NCBI RefSeq assembly: GCF_006345805.1
Contig: NC_043000.1
Location: 66,960,001 to 67,024,000, forward strand
Origin: Octopus sinensis
Taxonomy: Eukaryota
Direction: 5' to 3'
DNA length: 64,000 nt
Numbering within the stretch: the stretch's first letter is position 1; every line of letters begins with the position of its first letter. Shown piece by piece: positions 1 through 13,371 of this stretch. The notes beneath the pieces are model-generated. The model was not told the DNA's origin, ran no database searches, and saw only the letters and a program-made list of their open reading frames with translations. Both the position numbers and the translations under genes were made by a program.

Positions 1-623
1 TTGGCTTCAAGACTTTTGGTACCAAATCAAGCATAGTTATCTCCCCATATGAATAAAATATTCCATTTCAATTTGGAGTTATCACCCCTTATAAATTATT
101 TGCACAGTCCCACTTAACCAGTGAAATAATGAGGTCACAAAACAACACCTATCAGAGGGTGAAATAAACAAAGCAGAGCCAACGACCATTCAATAGCTCT
201 GGTGGGAGAAGACCCCACTTCTTTAAACTACATCAGTGGTTTTTAACCTTTCCGAGTTGTGTGTTCCCTCTCATTGAATGGCATTTTACAAATGCCTCTT
301 TACATTATCATCATCATCATTGTTCTAACGGCTACTTTTCCATCAAAAGCAGACGTTAAACGATGATGATGATGATATAGTGCATTTCATCACAAATTTG
401 ATCACAAAGCACCAACAGATTATTCTCAAAGAAATTATTAATTTAGTTAAAGAAAATGATTAGTTTCACTTGTCATACTTGATACAAAATTAATATCCAT
501 TACAATCATCTTTCACAATACTTCTGTATTATCTTATCCTGTTTAATCTTTCTGTCTTTATGATAACATGAATGTCAAATTATTTTTATTTCTAAAAAAA
601 CTGTTTTGCATTTCTTTTTAAAG

Positions 624-685
624 GCTGCTCTTCTGATGTTGGAAATGGCATGGACCATGTCAAAAGACACAAATGACTTAATCTG
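624..685 (+). CDS. CDC45: CDC45 internal exon (first in window): AALLMLEMAWTMSKDTNDLI(W)
   Basis: AG acceptor at 622-623 and GT donor at 686. Resembles human CDC45 [21 protein letters not shown]. Earlier exons lie upstream of the window. Confidence 0.93.
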
Positions 686-719
686 GTTAGTTTAAATTCT
701 TATAATACATTATTGTGAG

Positions 720-1610
720 TAGGGGGGCTCTGAAAGAGGTCTCAGGGAGTAGCATCCCTGCCTTCCTGAGCTAGTTTTCCACCACATTTCTTAAAAATCA
801 TAGTAGAGGCCTTAGTCTCAGGACCATTCATGTCTAGAAACTGAGGTCGGGGGTAAAGCAAGGGTATGCTCCCCATAAAAAATCCAGCTCCAAAAAAGCC
901 TCATGACAATAGCAAAGAGGCATGGGCACCTGCCTACCTCGAAAAAGAAGGTGCGAACCCTCATCCTGACTCGTGCAAGCATGACTTGCCTTATGTTGGC
1001 TGAGGGCCTGAGGAAAAGCTTGGGGTGACGTTGGGAAATTGGAATGTGGGTAGTCTGCATAGGAGAACTGAGGTATGTGAGGAATTGAGGAAGAGGAAGG
1101 TGAGTGTGTGCCGTGTGTAGGAAGTTAGGTAGAGGGGCCAGTGTGCAAGATTTGTGTGTGTGTGTGTGTGTGTGGAGGGGTCAATGGAAGAAAGTTATGG
1201 TACTTGGGAAATGGCAAAGGGACTGGAGGTATGGGAGCTTTAGTGAAGGAAAAAATCTGTGAGAAGGAAGAGGAAGTCAGGAGAAAGAGTGACAGAGTGA
1301 TGACAGTAGTATCAGAATTTGAGGAAGAAGTGGTGAGAGTGGTTTGTGAGTATGGTTTGAAAATTGGAAGAGGGATCACTGAGAAAGAGTGGTTCTTTGA
1401 TGAAATGGCAAGTGGGACTTACATAAGATAGATGAACTGCTTTTTGGCATGGGTAATTTTAATAGACATGCTGGGAAATGGATCCAGGGCTTTTGAGGGT
1501 GTGCATAGGGGAAATGGAATCGGGGAACGAAATATGGAAGGAAGGATGCTGTTGGAGTTTTGCAATGAGAAGGAGTTGTGTGGTGAACATGTGGCTCTTC
1601 ATCATCTGGT
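720..1610 (+). mobile_element. Decayed 5' part of an RTE-clade LINE (APE endonuclease region)
   Basis: Translates with stops as GNWNVGSLHRRTEVCEELRKRKVSVCRV*EVR*RG, then G.G.G.RN.EGRMLLEFC. Confidence 0.75.
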
Positions 1611-2163
1611 TTCACACCAACTAGTTCTTTGTTACCCAACTTCACACCAACTGTAGTACATTGTCACCTGGCTTCTCACCTCTTGGTCAGCTGACCACCA
1701 TGCGTTCACTCACCAAAAATTAATAAGGAGAACATGCAACATGCTTTAAACCAGTCATGTGATCAATGAACATTATTTCTCATTAGAATTATGAATCCAT
1801 TATTCATTTTCTTTTGTAGAACTAGAGAACAGTATTTTGAATAGCATCATTATTAATTATATTTATTAAATTAATTCTTCCATTTGCTGCAGATGATTGC
1901 CTGCCAAACTATAATAATATTGAGCAGCTTACTGTCACAGTAAATAGAACTTTATTCTCTCTTTCATAATAATCCTTTTGGCATGGATACCCCTTACTTT
2001 TTCCTTATTGCTTCTGCACTTTCTTCAAATGTTTATTGCTACTATAAACATTTAAAACATTTTCTTTCTCAGACAAAAAGACTTTGTTTGAAATATTTGT
2101 GCCCTGGACCCTAACCTACTCCTATGGCATACAGACTTATCTAAATTTGCATATTTTTTTTAG

Positions 2164-2274
2164 GTTTGCTGTTATTGGTGTTACAGACCAGTTGTTGCAT
2201 TATCATATATCCAGAGAAAAATATATTGAAGATGTGATGTTACTACAGTCTCATTTATCAAGACACAATAGAAG
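2164..2274 (+). CDS. CDC45: CDC45 exon: (W)FAVIGVTDQLLHYHISREKYIEDVMLLQSHLSRHNR(R)
   Basis: tttttag|...|gtaaac, phase 2 to 2. Resembles WAIVGLTDQ...LQRHVSRHN. Confidence 0.96.
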
Positions 2275-5200
2275 GTAAACTACATTTTTTTACTCTTTAA
2301 TTTTTGCTCTGGAATATCTTATTTCTTGTTTGTATTCTTAAAGGATTAAATAAAATAGATAAATTTCTCTAGAGAATGAAAATATGAATTGCTTTTAAAG
2401 GATGTAGATTTAAGGTACTAATTACATGTATACTATAAAAGTATATCTTTTTTACATGGGTTGGATGGCTCCTTTCCAGTGCAGTATCTCACCATTTGTT
2501 GCATCTCTTTTCTCAGGTTCAGCATCCTGAGGTCAACTTTTACTACTTTCATCCATGTCTTCTATGGTTTTCCTCTTCCAAAATTTCCAAACAAATGCCA
2601 AGAGATCTACTTCTTGGATCTCTTGGCACTTCTTTAGATATCTGTTATTGGTCCATATGCATTGCACATGTGTGTACCAATGCAGTTTTCTGTCTTGCAC
2701 ATGACCACTGATTGCTCTTATAACTCTTACAGCTTTTCAAATATTCAGTTGTAACAATTATTCAAAATTAGTGTCTAGTCTGAGAGTCATTATCATTAAT
2801 GATATGGTTATGAAAGTTTAGTAAAAAGGAAAAAAACCCTATTATAGCAACAATAAACTTCTGAAATAAAAAATAGTCCAGGACAAAGTAGTTTTGTTAA
2901 GATGCAGTTGGGCTGTGTGTCAGCACTTGGAAATATATATGCCATTTCTTTGTGAGACAACTTCAAGAGACTTCTTTAAAAAATTAAGTTAATCTAGTGC
3001 CCTTATTGTTTTAAAGAAGGCTATTGACAATATCCCACACTCAATTGTCTGGTGAGTGTCAATAAACTAGGGTAGTGGTGAATGGTTTGGAAGAACCATT
3101 AGAATGATGTATGAGAATTCTCTATGCAGAAATAATGCCAGTAATTGAAAACATGAGAAGTGTATCTCTGTTACTGATCTCTAACAAAGTGCCTATCTTC
3201 AAATGTGGGAGGGACCTTGTGGAAGAGGTAAACTCAGGAAGACGTGGGGCAAGGTGGTGAAATATGATCTTCAGATGTTGAGTCTCATATAGGCGATGAC
3301 AAGAGACTGAGACTTTTGGTGATTTGCTGTTGAGAAGACATGTCAAGCTAAGTGAAATTGTAGTTGTGGCCAGTGCCAGAGATACGTGAATGGCACCCAT
3401 GCTAGAGATCCATAAAAGATACCCATGTTGATGACATGTAAAAGACACCCTTGTCAATTACACATAAAAGGTACTCATGTCAGTGACACATAAAAGGCAC
3501 CTGTGCTAGTGACATATTAAAGGTGTCTGTGCCAGTGGCATGTAAAAGACACCCTGTACACTCTGTGGAGTGGTTGGCATCCAGCCATAGAAACCAAGCC
3601 AAAACACAACTGGAGCCTGATGCAGCTCTTTGGCTTACCAGCTCCAGTCAAACTGTCTAACCCATTCTAGCATGGAAAACGGATGCTAAATGTGATGATG
3701 GTCTTGTTGATATGTGATGTCAAGATAGAAATGAGTGGTGATATCTCATAACTCAAGAACTGTCTAATTCATTCTGCTTAATAAATGCTTGTTAAAATTA
3801 TAGTGATTGGTTGAAACCTTGTTTGCAGCATGGGCCAATTACTGCTGGTGATTAAATTTTCAACTATAACACATATATACTTACTCCAATATTTATGTGG
3901 AGGAAAATTTCAACTTCATTCTTTATTTCCTGTTTGTATTTTATGTTATACTGCCCTATCCATTTTCTTTTCTCTCTTATTTTTTTGGCTTTAATTCAAG
4001 ATTTGTTGCTTGCTTTCAACCCTTCCCCTGGACACCTCATCACCACCTTGGAGATAACTCTAATTCATTCTCTCTCTCTCCTAAATCTGAGTAACCATGT
4101 AGCTCTTCTACAACAAGAATCTGCTCTACTCCAATCTCTTCCTTCAGCTGCCCCCCCCCATCAACCCATCATCTAACATGTGTATGCTCTATCCTCCTTC
4201 CTTGGGTTTGTTGACTTGCAAGCTAGTGCTGGTGGCATGAGAAAAAGCACCCAGTATACACTGTAAAATGGTTGGCATTAAGGAAGGGTATCCAGCTATA
4301 GAAACCATGCCAAAGCAGACATTAGAGCATGCTCCTTATCATCAGCTCCTTGTCAAACCATCCAAACCATATTGGCCCTTCTCCAATCTTTACAGATGTT
4401 AACCTACCTCCCTCTCCCACTTGCCCTATATAGTCTTGCATCCCCCCACTTTCCCCACCCACTATGATGAAGATGCTGCTGCTGATGATGATGATGAAGA
4501 AGGTGGGGTGGTGGTGATGGTGATGGCAGCACCTGCTTCTGTTGCTGCTGTTTTGAAAGTTTCAGATGTAATTTTGTAGCATCTAACACAACATTATATC
4601 TAGTATACTATAAGTTTTATAAAGCATTTATGTAAAATTCAAGTATTGGAGGTTTTTATTCCCAAGAAGTGTTTATTTGCAAATCTGCTTCAGGCACCAG
4701 AAAGTAGATAATTTATTCTGCTGTTAGGAAATATAGACTGCAAAGGCAACTAACTTCTTTGGTTATTTATAACTCCATGCTAACTTTGGCAAGTCTTGTA
4801 TGCTGGCTAGTTCTGCTGGAAGAGTGAAGTAACAAGTTTGTAAAATATGCTGCAGAGTTGCCATCTTATAGCTTGCCAAAAATATTTGCATTCAACCTCA
4901 TTATTATTATTTTCGCACTGGTGCTCCAGCATGACCACAGCTGCATGGCTGAAATGAGTAAAAGGGTAAATAAATGTTTGAGTACAGTTCTATCTTTTAC
5001 TGTATTAATAATATGCTATAAACATTAAAAATAATAAATGTACTTTTGTATACACAAAAGTGTAAATATTCTGCATAGCATTCTGTTTAACTGTATCTTG
5101 CAAAGAATAATAAAATTAGCTTTTCAGTTGCATATCTCAGGTGGGTGCATCATCATCATCATCATCATCGTTTAACGTCCGTTTTCCGTGCTAGCATGGG

Positions 5201-6419
5201 TTGGATGGTTCGACCAGGGTCTGAGAAGCCAGGGGCTGCACCAGGCTCCAGTCTGATCTGGCAGAGTTTCTACAGCTGGATGCCCTTCCTAACGCCAACC
5301 ACTCCGCAAGTGTAGTGGGTGCTTTTTACGTGCCACCTGCACAGGTGCCAGGGGGGTCCGGCATCGGCCACGATCGGTTGGAGCTTTTTTCCATTAAATG
5401 TGTTTATGGGAAGGAAAATGTTGAAAAACATCAAATACATGTTAGAGTAACAAAGAAGGTATCGGGTGGTCATGAGTTGTACTAAAACTAACAGCTAGAT
5501 TGCTCTTAATCCACAAACACAAAAGATTTTTTCCTTTTCATAATTGTATGTTTAGAACACAAATTTGCAAACATTTTCTGAAAATTCCAAAAAATAAAAT
5601 GGGTATGAGGGTTTATATGGAGTGCTTAAACCAGAACTGTGCCATCTTTATACTAAAATTCAAATTCTGCTTGTCTATTTCTGTGTTTCATGATTTTAGA
5701 TAAGCAGTCCCTTGGGATAAAATATTTTGACTAATCTACTCTTAGACACAATCCTTTAAACCCATTTTGTAAAAATATTTTCAGCATTTTTGAGCCTAGA
5801 ATCCTTCAAACAGAATTTTGTTTGTTATTATATGAGCTTGTTAATTTAGCAAAAACTAAAGTTCTAGTAAGTAGGAAAACAGACAAATCACAAATCCATT
5901 CAGGGAGATGGCCCTGTTTGATATGTAGGAAAGGTGTTGGTACAAACTCTATATACTGATGCCACATATAAAGCAACTGTGCAGGTGCCATGTATAAAGC
6001 ACTCATGACAGTTCCATGTATTAAGGACCCTTGCCAGTGTCATGTATAAAGCACCTGTTCCAGTCCTATATAAAAAGCACCCGGTTGGTGTTAGGAAGGG
6101 TATCCAGCCATAGAAACCATGCCAAAACAGACAATTGAAGTCTGGACAGCTCTCTGGCTGACCAGCTCCTGTTAAACTGTCCATCCAATGCCTGCATGGA
6201 AAACAGATGTTACACGATGATGATGATGATGATGATAAATTTATCATCTGACTCTTATTTAGAATTGTTGACAAATATTGGATGTTGATAAGTGTGCTGT
6301 ATATTATATTGTTTTCTTTGTTGCTGGTTTTGTTTATTGTTTCTTCATTTCTTTCAAGATGGTGTGTGAAGATGAAACTTAATATTAACATGCACCTTAG
6401 TTTCTTTATATATATATAT

Positions 6420-7917
6420 CATCATCATCATATGTCCGTTATCCATGCTAGCATGGGTTGGATAGTCCGACCGGGGTCTGAGAAGCCAGGAGGCTGCACC
6501 AGGCTCCAGTCTGATCTGGCAGTGTTTCTACAGCTGGATGCCCTTCCTAATGCCAACTATTCCATGAGTGTAGTAGGTGCTTTTTTATGTGCCACCGGCA
6601 CAGGGGCCAGAGGAGGCTGGCAAATGGCCATGATTGGTTGGTGCTTTTACGTGTCACTGACACGGACACCAATCAGGCAGCACTGGCATCAGCCATGTTC
6701 AGACGATGCTTTTTACATGTCAGCGGCACAGGTATCTTAACTACAATTTCCATTTGATTTTTATTTTGATGTTGGTGTTGATGTACTTGACTCAATAGGT
6801 CTCCTCAAGAACAGCGGGTCACTCTACAATCCAAGGTTAGCGCAGCAGGCCATCCTGCGAGCCATGAACTCACTTCATTTGTCAGGTCATCACAGTCACA
6901 GCATATCTCAGAGGTCTCGGCCTTCGTCATTTCCTCTGTGAGGCCTTACATGCCACTGGCATGGGTATCACAACTACAATATCCATTCGATTTTTATTTG
7001 ATGTAGATGTACTTGACACAATTGGTCTCCTCAAGCACAGCAGGCCTCACTTCATTTATCAAGTCTTCAAAGTCACAGCATATCTCCAGAGGTCTCGGTC
7101 TTTCGTCATAGCCTCTGTGAGGCCCAACGTATGAAAGTCATGCTTGACCACCTCGTCCCATGTCTTCCTGGGTCTACCTCTACCCCAGATTCCTTCAACA
7201 GTTTGGGAGTGGCACTTCTTCACACATCTCTCCTCATCTATCCGTAGTACATGACCATACCAACGCAAACGTCTCTCCTGCACACTGCATCCGATGCTTC
7301 TTATGTCCAACATTTCTCTCAGGGCGCTTACCCTCTGTTGTGCATGGACACTGACATTACACATCCAGTGGATCATGCTAGCTTCATTTCTTTCAAGCCT
7401 ACGCATGTCCTTCGCAGTAACAGCCCATGTTTCACTGCCGTGAAGCAGGGCATTTCGCACATGTGCGTTGTACAATCTATCTTTCACTCTGAGCGAGAGA
7501 CCCTTTGTCACCAGTAGGGGAAGAAGCTTTCTAAACTTTGCCCTGGCTATTCTTATTCTAGTGGTAACACTCTCTGAGCATCCACCCCCACTACTAACTT
7601 GGTCACCTAGGTAGTGGAAACTATCAACTACTTCTAGTTTCTCCCCCAGGAGTGTAATGGAATCTGTTTTCTGAATATCAATGGTGTCTATTGCCCCTGT
7701 GCATCTGCCGCATATGAAAGCTATCTTCTTGGTTAATTTTCCTTTGATGTTGATGCACCTCTTATGTGTCCATAGCTTACACTGGGTACATCTTATGGAG
7801 TTTCTACGTATACCTTTTCTACAGATCGAGCAGGGCCACCTACCTGAAGGGGTGTGTGGTGAGTTTGCCTTCCTACTTACTAGAATTTTGGTCATTGCTA
7901 CATTGACTCTAACACCT
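6420..7917 (-). mobile_element. 5'-truncated RTE LINE: PHD finger + RT C-terminal region + 3'UTR + (GAT)n tail
   Basis: ORF 7059-7949: YLGDQ...ARAKFRKLLPLL...LLHGSETW...RRLRWYGHVLR...GRGRPRKTW. Tail at ~6420. Both ends sit in tttatatatatatat (possible TSD). Confidence 0.9.
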
Positions 7918-8029
7918 TTTATATATATATATATGGATGTATATAACATGAGAAGTAATTTCTTACAAAGAAAAGTTTGATAATCATACAGTGTTGTGTT
8001 CTAAATATGTATATATAAATTCATTTCAG

Positions 8030-8221
8030 AGGGGAGTCTGTTGAAGACTCATTGCCAGTCAACAGTTTGAAGATATTTTTTGAAGAAGAGCTGCAACTGA
8101 TTTTTTATCGACATTGGTCATTATTTGAAAGTATTTGCAATTCAATCACAACTGCTTGTAAATTTAAATTGTGGACAATGAAAGGTCGTAAAAAGCTGCA
8201 AGAATTTCTTGCTGATATGGG
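8030..8221 (+). CDS. CDC45: CDC45 exon: GESVEDSLPVNSLKIFFEEELQLIFYRHWSLFESICNSITTACKFKLWTMKGRKKLQEFLADM(G)
   Basis: tttcag|...|gtaagt. Contains the conserved Y.HWSL and FKLW...G.K.LQEFLADMG motifs. Confidence 0.98.
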
Positions 8222-9069
8222 GTAAGTGTTAAATATTGACTCTTTAAGTTTTGATCACATGGTATCTCTTGACAGCTGATTCTGGGATATCATGTGATTG
8301 TAACCCTCACCTTACTTTACCATTTAGCATTTAATCTGGACTTTTGGTGATTTGCTGTGCTTAAGAAGACACATGAAGCCAAGTGAAGTCGTAGTCATGG
8401 TCAGTGCCAATGACACGTAAAAGGTACCTGTGCTGGTGGCATGTAAAAGGCACCCACTACAATCTTGGAGTGATTGGTTTTAAGACGGGCATCCATCCAT
8501 AGAAACCAAACTAAATTAGACTGGAGCCTAGTACAGCTCTCCAGCTTACTAGTCCCAGTCAAACCATCTAACCCATGCTAGCATGGAAAACGGACACTAA
8601 ATGATGATGATGATCATCATCATACCTGTTCTATGTTAAAACTGACCAGAACCAACCTTACAGTATCATTCTCAAAGTGTACAAACACACCATTGAAGTC
8701 TTGAAGCTATAATATATGTGATTAATGCAAAACAATGTGAATAAATAAGCGTTACATTTGACAGAAAAATCTGAATGCTAAAGTGTTAAATCTTGATTTG
8801 CTTATATATTTAGTTGTCAAGTAAATTTTCATATACTGATTAGTGAAAAATCATTTTAAATATTAACTTATGATGTAAAATTTATGTTATAATAGCTAAT
8901 TTAAATGTTTGTTTTTCCCTTGCTCATTTTTTTTCTTTGGTTAATGAAGCATGACTAAACAACTAATTTCAAAAACATGTTTGAAGGCTTTTTTTTTCTC
9001 TCAGTATATTGAAATTATTGAGAGAAAAATTTTCAGTCAAATATCAAAGATGGCCTCTCTTTACTTTTA

Positions 9070-9450
9070 TTTGTTTCATTCATTTGACTGTGGCCATGTT
9101 GGGGCACCGCCTTGAAGGGTTTTAGTTGAACAAATTGACCCCAGGACTTATTTTCTTTAAGCCTAGTACTTATTCTATTGGTCTCTTTTGCCAAACTGCT
9201 AAGTTATGGGAACATAAACACACCAACACTGTTGTCGAGTAGTGGTGGGAGACAAACACAGACACAAAGACACGCATACATAGACACACACACACACACA
9301 CACATATATAATGAGCTTCTTTCAGTTTCTGTCTACCAAATCCACTCACAAGTCTTTGGTTGGCCCGAGGTTATAGTAAAAGACACTTGCCAAAGGTGCT
9401 ATGCAGTGGGACTGAACCTGGAACCATGTGGTTGGGAAGCAAGCTTTTTA
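9070..9450 (-). mobile_element. tRNA-derived SINE family B. Other copies at about 10140-10510-, 17440-17560-, 18010-18125-, 20425-20755+, 37512-37880+, 38750-38885+, 38950-39240-, 43295-43660+, 50770-51310-, 53600-53815-, 56735-57150+, 63150-63410+
   Basis: Head with A/B-box-like tggctgtgtggtaag / ggttcagtcc, then gggcaagtgtcttct, an internal (CA/TA)n, and a ...ggcggtgctccagcatggccgcagtc...gaaac end. Confidence 0.85.
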
Positions 9451-9825
9451 ACAAAAAGGAAAATTAGAGCAGATGTTTCATGCATATTTGAATAGACTTT
9501 TAGCTATACCCTTGAAAAATGAGATGGTTGGCATCTTGTTTTTCTTTGCGTTGCAATCAAGGAAAATATTGGTTGTGTTTAATATCTATCTTTTGTTGGC
9601 CTGAGGCTATAGCAGAAGACATTTGTTCAAGGTGCTGCACAGTGGGACTGAACCCAAGACCAACCACACAATCATGTCTACACCTATTTTGTAGTAGTGA
9701 ATTTGATAGCAACAGGAAAATAAGTTTTTTAAAAATCATTTGTAAGTAATATACAATACTGCAGAGCAGACTTCTGAGCTATGTTTTCTTTTCTTTTTTT
9801 TTTTCTTTTTTCTCTTTTTTTATAG

Positions 9826-9924
9826 GATACCTTTAACTCAATGCCAGCAAAGATACAATGCTATGGATCCTAGTGTTAGAAATAATATGAAGGAATTAAT
9901 TTTAAAATATGTAGAAAAATATGG
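9826..9924 (+). CDS. CDC45: CDC45 exon: IPLTQCQQRYNAMDPSVRNNMKELILKYVEKY(G)
   Basis: Long polypyrimidine tract + tag, donor gtaggt. Resembles LPLKQVKQKFQAMD. Confidence 0.95.
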
Positions 9925-10809
9925 GTAGGTAAAAGTTTTCACATATGCAATATTATTTTTAAAACAGTCTTTTGTCTAGTTCTCAATATGAGTTTAGGAA
10001 TCAAATTGTAAATAAACTTTACAAGAAAAAAAGTTTATTGCTTACTGGTTTTAAATTGAATAGTCAAACACCTTAACCATTCATGTACTTTTCATTGCTT
10101 TACTCTCATGTTCTTTTACTTTTCTATTCTTTTATTTGCTTCAGCCATTAGATGGATGGTAGCCATACTGGGGCACCACCTTGCAGTATTGTTTTTTAGT
10201 CAAACAAGTCAACCCCAGTACTTATTTGATTTTTAAGCCTGGTACTAATTCTATTGGCCTCTTTTGCTGAACCACTAAGTTACATGGACATAACAAACCA
10301 ACACTGGTTGTCAAACACAGACATAAAGGCATACACACACAGACATACGATGGGCTTCTTTCAGTTTCTGTCTATCAAATCTGCTCATATGGGTTTGGTC
10401 AGCCTGAAGCTATAGTAGAAAACACTTGCCCATAGTGCCACACAGTGGGACTGTACCCAGAACCATGTGGTTGGGAAGCAAGCTTCTTACCACTCAGCCA
10501 TGCCTTCCCCTAGAAATTTTTTTACTATTTTGTTCTTTTTTAAAATTCAGCATTTCTGCTTCTTGACATTTTCCAACAATAACTGATTTTATGTTTTAAT
10601 ACTCCAACTCTCATTTCAGTCTTTACACTTTAAATTGACTGGGAAGTTATTTGCTGTGTAATATTTATGATAATTCTGTTGGTTTTAATTATTTGTTAAC
10701 TAAATGTGCTTATGTTTTAATGAATATATATATAAAAGGGGACCTGGTGGGGTTTGAATCTTGTTTCTTCATGGATTCTACGTTGTAATAATTGGTTTCT
10801 GTTTATTAG

Positions 10810-10921
10810 ATTGGCACCAGAAGATATCATTATTCCATCATTCAATTCCCATTATGGCTATCATAAAAAGATCAATGCAGCTGACGTTGTTTTAGCTTGC
10901 TCAACAGTCCTTGAAAATACA
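10810..10921 (+). CDS. CDC45: CDC45 exon: LAPEDIIIPSFNSHYGYHKKINAADVVLACSTVLENT
   Basis: ttag|...|gtaagt. Resembles FSIHFGFKHKFLASDVV. Confidence 0.95.
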
Positions 10922-11981
10922 GTAAGTGATATCACCATTCAATATGTATTTTATGTTGGTTGTCAAATTTACATATATTTTTCTGTACTTTTCAGGATTA
11001 ATTTAACATCTGATTTAGGTACAAAATTCTAACACTGCAGTTATAATACAAGATACACTGTGTGCTCTAACAGTATATCTAAAGCTATTTGAATAACAGC
11101 TATCTTACTATAGTAGGTTAGTTAATTATTGATTTGCAAATAGATTGCTTTGGAGCTGTCCATGAGTGTTTGCACATTCTATGTGCCAATGATGAGCAGT
11201 GTTACCGATGCATTTTTTTTTATAGGTAAAGGGAAAAATTGAAACTAGAATTAAGAGCTGATGATGTTGCTTTTTAAGTTTATGTAAGGTTTTCCACTAT
11301 CTTCAGAGAGATGTTTATGAATTCATTCTTCATTAATGAAATTTTACATGATGTCATTTTCCTAACCTTTCTTAATATTTGTAATGTAAGTGAAATTTTT
11401 GACATACATAATTTAAGCCATTATATTCACTTTCAGTTTATTTCTTTATAGTACAATCTATCATGTGGCAAAGTTTCTCTGTACTTTATAATAGTTTGTA
11501 CCATGAAGAAATAACCAAAGTAATTTTTTTGTGCTATTAACCCTTTAGCATAAATGGGCCATAAACAATTGCATTATTAAAATGTCTAAGCTATGAGATA
11601 ATGCATGATTTATTCAAAACAATTTGAATAAATAAGTATTACATTTGACAGAGTAAGCTGAATGCTAAAGAGTTAATTATCTAATAATTACTCTTATTCA
11701 GTTTCAATACACTATTTCAGAATAAGTCACTTGTCAAACAAGCACAACTCTGAATGTTTTTACTATTTTTTAAAGCTTTCTTTTTATATGGACATCCATG
11801 ACAGAACTTCTGGTATAAACTTCCATGTAAAGAAAAAAATAGAAAATGAATGAAAATCAAGATTTATTGGTCTCAAAATTATCATCTGTAAAAACAAATG
11901 AGTTGCTAACATTTCAAATTTATAAGAAATTTAATTTTGAGACTTGAAAACAGATTTTAATAAATTTTTGTTCTCTTGTAG

Positions 11982-12037
11982 GAAGAAAATAATGATACAG
12001 CTGATAGTTTTTTTTATGCTATGGATATTTTACAAAG
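11982..12037 (+). CDS. CDC45: CDC45 exon: EENNDTADSFFYAMDILQ(R)
   Basis: ttctcttgtag|...|gtaagt, phase 0 to 2. Resembles EKDGSGTDHFIQALDSLSR. Confidence 0.9.
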
Positions 12038-13371
12038 GTAAGTCATATTTTATATTTCAAAGATACATTCTCATTGAAGAGTTGAGTGAAAAACTAAATT
12101 GTTCCAGAGAGGATTTTAAGCAACTTTTCCAGTGTAGACAACAGGTAAATAGACTCTCTTTGAAGGTATACATCAGTGTTGTCATCAGCAGCAGTGTTAT
12201 TATTGCTATGTCTGCTTTCCAATCTGGCATGGTTTGGTCATTTTGACAGGATCCAGTGTGTTGGAAGACCATATCCAGTGTCTCAGTTTTGGCATGGTTT
12301 CTTGGGCAGATGCCCTTTCTAATACTAACCAACTTAAAGAGTGTACTGGGTACTTTTATTATGGTACCAACACTAGTGAAGTTGCCAAGCCTCAGCTGAG
12401 GAGGTTAAGATATCTTTAAGTGAGATGTTGAAAGATTAAAGTATAATGGGAAGAGCAAAAAGAAATTTAGTGTTGTGAAGATTTATGGTCACCTTGCAAT
12501 TGACATGGGTAGATGAGGTATGTTGGAGTGGTGCCCAAAAGAGAGGTAAATATAATAGTGATCAGGTGCTAGAATGTACTCTTCAAGTAATATGTCCAAG
12601 AAGGTGAATTGAAGAGGGTGGGTAATGTTGCAAGAGGGTGAGAGATGGAATAAATATAGGGGTGGAAGTAGTCAGATGTATATAGAAGATGAATGTTGTG
12701 AATGGTGAATTGTGATGGAGATGGTAAATATGAGTGGAGCTGGCAGAAACGTTAGCACACCGGGCGAAATGCTTAGCGGTATTGCGTCTGCCATTGCGTT
12801 CTGAGTTCAAATTCCGCCAAGGTCGACTTTGCCTTTCATTCTTTCGGGGTCGATAAATTAAGTACCAGTTACGCACTGGGGTTGATGTAATCGACTTAAT
12901 CCGTTTGTCTGTCCTTGTTTGTCCCCTCTATGTTTAGCCCCTTGTGGGCAATAAAGAAACAGATAATAAGGGATAGATACTCGTTGGGAGTAGTAGAGAG
13001 ATGAATGGTGAATGGCAGTACAGAAATATGTTATAGTATGTTGTAACAGATTCTGCCTTCATTAAATAATAATTCAGATATTTTATTTAATCAGATAAAA
13101 GAACCTTTCCAGCACAAGAAAAGTGTGTTTTTTATTATAAATTTAATGATAAATCTTTGCTGTATATTGTTGTGTCAAATGTTAATTTCTTGCTCAGAAA
13201 TAAAGACTTCAGTACCTGTCTGAGGAAAGTTAAAGTAAATGAGATTCTGTGATGGTCATGACTTTCTGAAAGGACAGTAGTAACATAAGTGAGACTGCTA
13301 TAACTTGCTGTCTAGCTTAGAGTGTAGAAATAGTAGTGTAGCTGTTAGGTGTTTTTAAGAAATGTAATTAA

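Noticed and set aside
11189-11261. Box C/D snoRNA candidate (ATGATGA...CTGA) in a CDC45 intron
   Set aside because: No terminal stem, a poly-T interior and no evident guide sequence.
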